Shown here: positions 58,159 through 64,000 of the stretch, in pieces | Numbering within the stretch: position 1 is the stretch's first letter | Layout: every line of letters begins with the position of its first letter | Source of the DNA: Candidatus Eiseniibacteriota bacterium | GTDB taxonomy: Bacteria > Eisenbacteria > RBG-16-71-46 | Direction of reading: 5' to 3' | Assembly (NCBI GenBank): GCA_963717505.1 | Contig: OY970342.1 | Span: forward strand, 3,200,001-3,264,000 | Length of the DNA: 64,000 nucleotides | Translations under genes and position numbers: made by a program | The notes under the pieces: model-generated | What the model saw: the letters and a program-made list of their open reading frames with translations, nothing else | Databases searched by the model: none | Told to the model about the DNA's origin: nothing

Positions 58159-59717
58159 ACCGAAACCCGGCGATTTCGTTGCGGACGACATTCGCCTGCG
58201 CATGGCTGCTCCTGGCTCTGGGGCCGGGGGCAGCTCTGGCGTCCGACCTCCTGGACGCCGGCTATCGCGACTTCCACCTCGGCCCGCTCGCCAACAGCGC
58301 GCCGACCCGTGAAAAGGCCGAGAGCAAGCTCTGGTATCACGACGGCATCTGGTGGGGCGTGCTGTGGAGCCCGGTCGGCGACCGCTTCGAGATCCACCGC
58401 TTCTACACGGCGACCCAGGACTGGACGAGCACCGGAACCGCGGTCGACGAACGCCGGCCGAGCAAGGCCGACGTGCTGTGGACCGGTCAGCACCTGTACA
58501 TCGCCTCCCACCCGTTCAGCACGCTGGCCGCTCCGGCAACCCCCGCGAACTCCGGTCGCTTGTACCGCTTTGCCTATGACGGCCCGAGCCAGAGCTATGC
58601 GCTCGATCCGGGTTTCCCGGTCAACGTCAATGCGTCGATCTCGGAGACGCTGGTGTTCGACCAGGATTCTTCCGGCCGGCTGTGGGTCTGCTGGACCGAG
58701 GCTGGAAGGGTCTGGGTCAACTGTTCGGTCGACGGTGATTCGATCTGGGGAACTCCGTTCGAGCTTCCTGGCCAGGTGGCCACCGCTTCGTCGGACGACA
58801 TCTCATCGCTCATCGCCTTTGGCGGCGACCGGATCGGCGTCTTCTGGTCCAACGAGCTGGAACACCGCAACCGGTTCGCCGTGCACCTCGATTCCGATCC
58901 ACCCGAGGTCTGGCAGCCGAGCGAGAGTGTGTCCCCGGACACCACCGTTCAACTCCTGAGCGACGACCACATCAATCTCAAGACGCACGCGGGCTACGTG
59001 TATGCAGTGGTCAAGACGCAGGTCCAGGTCGGGCCCGAACCGCTGATCCTGCTCAATCGCCGCGATCCCGACGGGAATTGGACCTACCACACGGTCGGGG
59101 CCAAGAGCGAGGACCACACGCGGCCGATCGTGCTCCTGGATCCCGAGCAGCAACTGGTCCACGTGCTCGCCACCACGATCGTCTCCGGGCGGAGCGTGAT
59201 CGTCCGCAAGAGCACGAGCCTCGAAACGCTGGTGTTTCCGCAGGGACGGGGCCAGCCGTTCATCGACAGCCCCGCCGACTCCTTCGTCAACAACATCACC
59301 TCGACCAAACAGAATCTCACCCATTCGTCCGGACTGCTCGCGATCGCATGCGACCCGATCACGCGCTACTACTTCCACAACTTCCTGGCCACGCCACCGA
59401 CCGCCGGTGTTGCCACCGGTTCGTCCCCGCGCGGGCCTCGGATCGCGAGCCTCGATGCGGCGCGGCCGAGTCCGTTTCGCGAATCGACAAACCTGATGTT
59501 CAACCTCGAGCAGGCGGCCCACGTCGAGCTCGGCATCTACGATCTGGCCGGGCGTCGCATCCGGACGCTGCTGGACGGAGATCTGCCGTTGGGCGCCCAT
59601 CACCGGCGTTGGGACGGCGACACCGATGCGGGAAGCCCGGTGCCCGCCGGGGTCTACTTCGCGCGCATCGACGCCGGCGGCGTGCGCGACTGGTGCCGGA
59701 TGGTTCGGATCCGCTAG
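58152..59717 (+). CDS. Secreted beta-rich (propeller-like) protein with C-terminal FlgD-Ig/T9SS-like domain
   Basis: Signal peptide; EKAESKLWYHDGIWW, DDHINLK, TRPIV; PSPF...IYDLAGRRIRTL...WDG...GVYFAR. Confidence 0.78.
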   Translation: MLDRNPAISLRTTFACAWLLLALGPGAALASDLLDAGYRDFHLGPLANSAPTREKAESKLWYHDGIWWGVLWSPVGDRFEIHRFYTATQDWTSTGTAVDERRPSKADVLWTGQHLYIASHPFSTLAAPATPANSGRLYRFAYDGPSQSYALDPGFPVNVNASISETLVFDQDSSGRLWVCWTEAGRVWVNCSVDGDSIWGTPFELPGQVATASSDDISSLIAFGGDRIGVFWSNELEHRNRFAVHLDSDPPEVWQPSESVSPDTTVQLLSDDHINLKTHAGYVYAVVKTQVQVGPEPLILLNRRDPDGNWTYHTVGAKSEDHTRPIVLLDPEQQLVHVLATTIVSGRSVIVRKSTSLETLVFPQGRGQPFIDSPADSFVNNITSTKQNLTHSSGLLAIACDPITRYYFHNFLATPPTAGVATGSSPRGPRIASLDAARPSPFRESTNLMFNLEQAAHVELGIYDLAGRRIRTLLDGDLPLGAHHRRWDGDTDAGSPVPAGVYFARIDAGGVRDWCRMVRIR

Positions 59718-60934
59718 CTGCGGCCGAACTTTCGCGTCAAGCGGCGCGCAATGACCGGCAGTTCCGCGAGCCAGGGGCCGGGATCGTCGGGCGAGAAGGT
59801 GTCGACCGGAACCCGGGGATCCAGTAGTCCGAGAGCACCCGCGACCCCTTCCCACCGGCTCGGATACGACAGGTAGGGAACCGCCCGCTGCCGGCGCAGG
59901 ACGGAGGCGATCCAGATCAGGTCGAGCGGCAGATTGCGGGCACGAACCCCGACCCGATAGTCGAGTTGCGGCGGCACGTTCGGCGCTGGCGGGCCGTTGC
60001 GGTAGAGCTCGGCGAGCAGGCGGGGGAAATCCACGCCACTCAGCACCGCGAGCGGCAGCGATCCCCATACCCGGCCGTTGACCTCCATGAGCTGCGGACC
60101 GGAAGCTCCTACTTTGAACTCGACCATCGCGAGACCGGTCCAACGAATCGCCCCCAGGAGTCGAACCGTGGCGTCGTACATCTTGGGATCAAGTGGCACG
60201 CTCTCGCGCAACGCGCTCGGGCCCCCGGTCACCGGAACCTCGTGGAGACGCCGGTGCTGGAACGCGGCCAGAGGCCGGCCTTCGTGCATCAGGATGCCGA
60301 CCCCATGCCCGACACCCGGGCAATACTCCTGAACCAGGATGTCGACATCGCCGACCTGGGCGCGCAGGCGAGTTGCCAGTTCCTCGGAGTCGCGCGCGTA
60401 AGAGACTTCGAAGGACTCGATCGATCCCTGGCTGCGAAACACCCGCGAGTACCTCGGCTTGAGCACGACCGGCCATCCGAGTCCCTGGATGTTGGGCGCA
60501 CCGTCGCGAATCCCGACCACCTGGGTGCGCGGTGCCGGAATCCCGAGTCGGCCAGCCAGCTCGATCGTCTTGTGCTTGTCGAGGACCACCTCGAGCTGAT
60601 CGGCGTCGGGAACCGCGAGGCGGCATTTCGCGGGCAGCCGGTCGCGGTGGCGGGACAAAGGCAGGATCACGGCATCGGTCACCGGGATCACCAGGTCCAC
60701 GGCCGACCGCGTCACGAAATCCCGGACCGCCTCGTAGAACGCCTCCGGGTTCGTGGCCGGCGCCGGGTACACGAAAGTTTCGGCCACGTGGCGGGAGTGG
60801 AAGCCGGGGCTTTCGGTCTCCGAGTCGGCTGCGATGACGCGCCACCCGGCCTGCCCGAGTGAGCGAATGATCGCCACGGCGCTGCCGCGGCCGGCGTCGG
60901 TCACCAGCACGACGGGCGGAGCGGACTGAGTCAC
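59714..60934 (-). CDS. ATP-grasp ligase of the polysaccharide-cluster type
   Basis: VLVTDA...IRSLG, DK...A..LGIPAP.T, PVVLKP, VQEYCPG, MVEFK, MEVNGRVWGS. Confidence 0.9.
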   Translation of the reverse strand: MTQSAPPVVLVTDAGRGSAVAIIRSLGQAGWRVIAADSETESPGFHSRHVAETFVYPAPATNPEAFYEAVRDFVTRSAVDLVIPVTDAVILPLSRHRDRLPAKCRLAVPDADQLEVVLDKHKTIELAGRLGIPAPRTQVVGIRDGAPNIQGLGWPVVLKPRYSRVFRSQGSIESFEVSYARDSEELATRLRAQVGDVDILVQEYCPGVGHGVGILMHEGRPLAAFQHRRLHEVPVTGGPSALRESVPLDPKMYDATVRLLGAIRWTGLAMVEFKVGASGPQLMEVNGRVWGSLPLAVLSGVDFPRLLAELYRNGPPAPNVPPQLDYRVGVRARNLPLDLIWIASVLRRQRAVPYLSYPSRWEGVAGALGLLDPRVPVDTFSPDDPGPWLAELPVIARRLTRKFGRS

Positions 60935-61636
60935 CTAGCTGCCGCCCTTCGTGTGCGGCGAACGCGTCATGATCAGTTCCACGACTCGAGACAATACCGC
61001 CTCGCGCGGTTGCGTGGCGTCTACCATCGCGAAATTCGGACACACGTCGCGCAGCTGCAGGTACTCCTCTCGGCGGCGAGCGACCGCCTCGAACGTGCCC
61101 TCGGGCTTTCGCTGCCACAGCACTTCGGGCGGCGCGTCGAGGAGAATTACCAAATCGGGGCGCGGGTAACACTTCTCGAGCAGGACGCCGTGGATCCGTC
61201 GCGCCAACGATCGTTCCCGGCGCGAGGTCCCGACGATGTCGTGAGCGTAGTAGTCGGTCCAGAAGTGGCGATCGAAGAGGACCACGCGACCACGAATCAT
61301 GTGATACCAGGCGAGCGATTGGCGGTACCACTCTTCGGCGAGTCGGCTCGCGAGGCCCGCCATCGACTTGAGGGAGCGCAACGCCTGGCGCACTGCACCG
61401 CGCGGCGGCGGCGCCTCGCGCGACGGATCGGGCGGGCCGCCCGGGGGAGGCCCGCTGCGGTTCCGCTTGAAGGCGTTCACCAGGCGTGTCGTCGGCAGCA
61501 TGACGTTGCTGGCATCGGGATTCACGCCCATGTAGAGATACGTGACCGGCACCGGCAGGCGCTTCACGACCTCCCGGCAAATAGTGGTCTTCCCGGCGCC
61601 ATCCGCGCCGATCAACGCCACCGTGAATCCGCTCAT
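60935..61636 (-). CDS. Thymidylate-kinase-like P-loop kinase
   Basis: GADGAGKT, YLYMG, VLFDRH, PRPDLVILLDAP. Confidence 0.82.
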   Translation of the reverse strand: MSGFTVALIGADGAGKTTICREVVKRLPVPVTYLYMGVNPDASNVMLPTTRLVNAFKRNRSGPPPGGPPDPSREAPPPRGAVRQALRSLKSMAGLASRLAEEWYRQSLAWYHMIRGRVVLFDRHFWTDYYAHDIVGTSRRERSLARRIHGVLLEKCYPRPDLVILLDAPPEVLWQRKPEGTFEAVARRREEYLQLRDVCPNFAMVDATQPREAVLSRVVELIMTRSPHTKGGS

Positions 61637-62832
61637 GCGGCGCTCCGCGTGACCACGGCCGACAGAACCTGGTCCAACTTCTCGGCGCTGCGATCCCAGA
61701 CGAAATGGCGCTCGACGTAGGCGCGTCCCGACCGATCCGGCGTCGGATCGCGTCTAGCCGCCAACAGGCGGTCCACCAAATGGCCGGCAAACGCGTCGGC
61801 GGTGTCGGCGACCGCGAGCGGCGGCTGTTCGCCCTCCTCGGTGCGCAAACCGTCGGCGGCCAAGGACGAAGCGACCACCGGCAGTCCCATGGCCATCGCC
61901 TCGAGCAGTTTGTTCTGGATGCCGGCGGCGAAGCGGAGCGGAGCGGCGAACACCGCCGCTTCCTCGAGGTACGGACGAACGTCGGGGACGAAACCGGTCA
62001 CGGTCACCCCAGGGTGATTCCCGAGTCGGACCAGGTCGGGCGGCGCATCGCGACCGACGATCAGCAATCGAGCTTCGGGGACTCGCTGCCGGACCCGAGG
62101 AAAGATCTCCGCAATCAATTGGTGCGCCGCGTCGCGATTGGGCGCGTAGTCCATGGCTCCGGTCATGACGATGGCGTCGGTGCCCAGGCGGGGAGAACGC
62201 CGCGTCCAGTACTCCAGGTCGACCCCGTTCGGGACGATGGTCGCGCGCGGATCGCGGGGGCGCATCAAGGCGTCGCGATCACGCGAGGTCGCAAACAGCA
62301 GGTGCTCGGCATCGTGAATCAGGCGACGCTCGGCGTCGCGCACGGTCATGTATTCCGCCCATAGCGCCATTCGGCGCAACCAACCGGAGTGGGGCATTCG
62401 GCCGCGAATCCGGACCGAGGTCGCGTCGCACAGGTCGACTACGATCGGCACCCCCCGCAGGCCGGCGATCGCCGGATAGGTGCGCCTCCCGCTGAACACC
62501 ACCGCATCGACCGATCCTTCCCCCAAGCAGCGGCGCACTTCGGCCTGCATGTCGCGCACCGGCGCGTCGGCGAGCGCGGTCGGGAGCAGCGCCTTCAGGG
62601 AGGTCAGCGCTCGGCGGGATGCGGTCCGGGCATCCGCCGCATTGCCGAAGGTCTTGATCCGCCGGGTGAAGGGCTCGAGAGCCTCGGCATGGCCGGCTTC
62701 GAAGGTTCGGCCGACCACGGACAACAAGGTGATTTCGTGCCGGCGCGAGAGGCCGCGAATCAGGAAGTAGTGCCTCAGGTAGCCGCTGGTCAGCGGGAAC
62801 GGAAATCCATTGGTCAGGTAGAGGATTCTCAT
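61633..62832 (-). CDS. GT4 glycosyltransferase (PEP-CTERM/EPS-associated type)
   Basis: VPNGVD, TGAMDYAPN, TGFVPDVRPY, GIQNKLLEAMAMGLPVV. Confidence 0.93.
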   Translation of the reverse strand: MRILYLTNGFPFPLTSGYLRHYFLIRGLSRRHEITLLSVVGRTFEAGHAEALEPFTRRIKTFGNAADARTASRRALTSLKALLPTALADAPVRDMQAEVRRCLGEGSVDAVVFSGRRTYPAIAGLRGVPIVVDLCDATSVRIRGRMPHSGWLRRMALWAEYMTVRDAERRLIHDAEHLLFATSRDRDALMRPRDPRATIVPNGVDLEYWTRRSPRLGTDAIVMTGAMDYAPNRDAAHQLIAEIFPRVRQRVPEARLLIVGRDAPPDLVRLGNHPGVTVTGFVPDVRPYLEEAAVFAAPLRFAAGIQNKLLEAMAMGLPVVASSLAADGLRTEEGEQPPLAVADTADAFAGHLVDRLLAARRDPTPDRSGRAYVERHFVWDRSAEKLDQVLSAVVTRSAA

Positions 62833-62863
62833 CGAACCTCGCGCGTCGTCCCCCCCTCGGGGA

Positions 62864-63976
62864 TCAGACGAGGGGCCTCATGGCGTCGAACAGTGCCGCG
62901 ATTCGAGCGGGGTAAGGATGGTGCACGGCGTGCGCGGCACGGCCATCGAGGGCCCGCGCGACCAGGGGGCCCAGACGTTCCTCGAGGTTCTCGAGGAACG
63001 GATTCCTGGCGCCCGGGAACGCGAAGCGAAACATGTCGTAATAGTCACGCATCGGCGCGAACTCGTAATGCACAGAAGATACCATTCTCCGTCCGAGGAC
63101 CTCGACATCGATCGGTTCGACCACCACCTCGGGGGATTCGTGGCTGGCCAGCAGGAACACGCGATCCAGCGAAGCGTCCAGGGAACCCAGGCTTCCGAAC
63201 ACCGCCTCGGGAGCGGCCTCGACATGGGCCTGCCGGACCATCACTTCCCGCAGGCGCTCGTACGATCGCCGTAGGTTGGATCCCGCGGGGCTGACCCCGC
63301 CGAACGCATCCGCGACCTTGAGGGCCGCGCCGACCGTCGCGAGTCGGGCGAGCTGAACACGTGCGATACGCGCGCGGACCGCGGGGGACTGCGCGAGGTG
63401 CCAGGCCCAGAGACGGATCGGCTGCGGCAAGCCGAACATGCGCCGTGCTTGGGGATCGACGTAGATCCATTCGTCGCCGACGTAGCGCGCCCCCCGAGCG
63501 GCGAACGCGAGCAGGGCCTCGGTCTTGCCGCCCTTCGACCACCCGGTGACCAGAACCCCGCGACCCTCGAACGTGAATGCCGAGGCATGGAGCGGAACCA
63601 CGCCGTGGGCGAGCGCGGTCAGGTTGATGACCGCGATCAGCAGCGGCACGGCGGGCAATCCCGTCTCGCACACGATTTCGCAGCGCCCGCCCACGTCGAG
63701 GAAGGGAATCCGCGTGCGACCCCGCGCGTAGCGGCTACGCAGGATCAGGAAGGCATCGTTCGTGAACGCGGCTTCGTCCAACCCGAGCAGTTGCAGGTTC
63801 GCCGCCGGCAGCAAACGATCGACGAACCGGATCACGATGTCGGGTTCGCGGGACAAATCCTTGCGGATCGGTCCGAGCTGACGATCCACCGCTCGGACGT
63901 CGGATGCGGAAGCATCGAGCAGTCGGATCCCAACCACTCCGTGCAGGTCGTAGTCGATCTTTTCCGCGCGGGTCAC
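62864..63976 (-). CDS. HPr-kinase-like P-loop protein
   Basis: PLHAS...GVLVTGWSKGGKT...YVGDEW (HprK-type H, Walker A, acidic pair). Confidence 0.72.
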   Translation of the reverse strand: MTRAEKIDYDLHGVVGIRLLDASASDVRAVDRQLGPIRKDLSREPDIVIRFVDRLLPAANLQLLGLDEAAFTNDAFLILRSRYARGRTRIPFLDVGGRCEIVCETGLPAVPLLIAVINLTALAHGVVPLHASAFTFEGRGVLVTGWSKGGKTEALLAFAARGARYVGDEWIYVDPQARRMFGLPQPIRLWAWHLAQSPAVRARIARVQLARLATVGAALKVADAFGGVSPAGSNLRRSYERLREVMVRQAHVEAAPEAVFGSLGSLDASLDRVFLLASHESPEVVVEPIDVEVLGRRMVSSVHYEFAPMRDYYDMFRFAFPGARNPFLENLEERLGPLVARALDGRAAHAVHHPYPARIAALFDAMRPLV

Positions 63977-64000
63977 GAACCCGCCCCGCGGCGCGAGCTC

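Noticed and set aside
58929-58942. GTGTCCCCGGACAC as another copy of the HNH palindrome
   Set aside because: The centre is 2 nt shorter and the flanks do not match; plausible by chance in GC-rich coding DNA

Overview
Very GC-rich bacterial chromosome segment. It most resembles an FCB-related lineage such as Candidatus Eisenbacteria; this is inference from the FlgD-Ig/T9SS-like C-termini, a Bacteroidota-type bS22 and the DUF222-like HNH gene. Contents in order: the 3' end of a bacterial microcompartment locus (acylating aldehyde dehydrogenase, PduT-like BMC-T, two BMC-P); a core block (HU/IHF, a 31-aa bS22 missed by the ORF track, rnr, PilZ, aroA-cmk-plsC-rpsA, TPR/SPOR, mutS); an accessory patch (FG-GAP protein and an HNH nuclease); yitJ; a SpoIVB-like S55 peptidase operon; pgeF and ppiD; mutL-miaA-tRNA-Gly-der-plsY-gpsA-merR-tRNA-Pro-acyltransferase-GT2-surE-pcm-tRNA-Pro-acyP-sigma70-apt; puuD; addAB; and the edge of a polysaccharide cluster. 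The best candidate for an undescribed system is the HNH locus at about 15.5-17.15 kb. It encodes a DUF222-like/HNH/RuvA-C-like protein, has three copies of a 22-nt palindrome with a compensatory change (two inside the gene, one just downstream), and has a roughly 215-nt structured 5' leader behind a TTGACA promoter. Many genes in the first 12 kb are frameshifted, including essential rpsA, which points to sequencing indels rather than pseudogenes. All calls come from reading motifs by eye; no searches were run.
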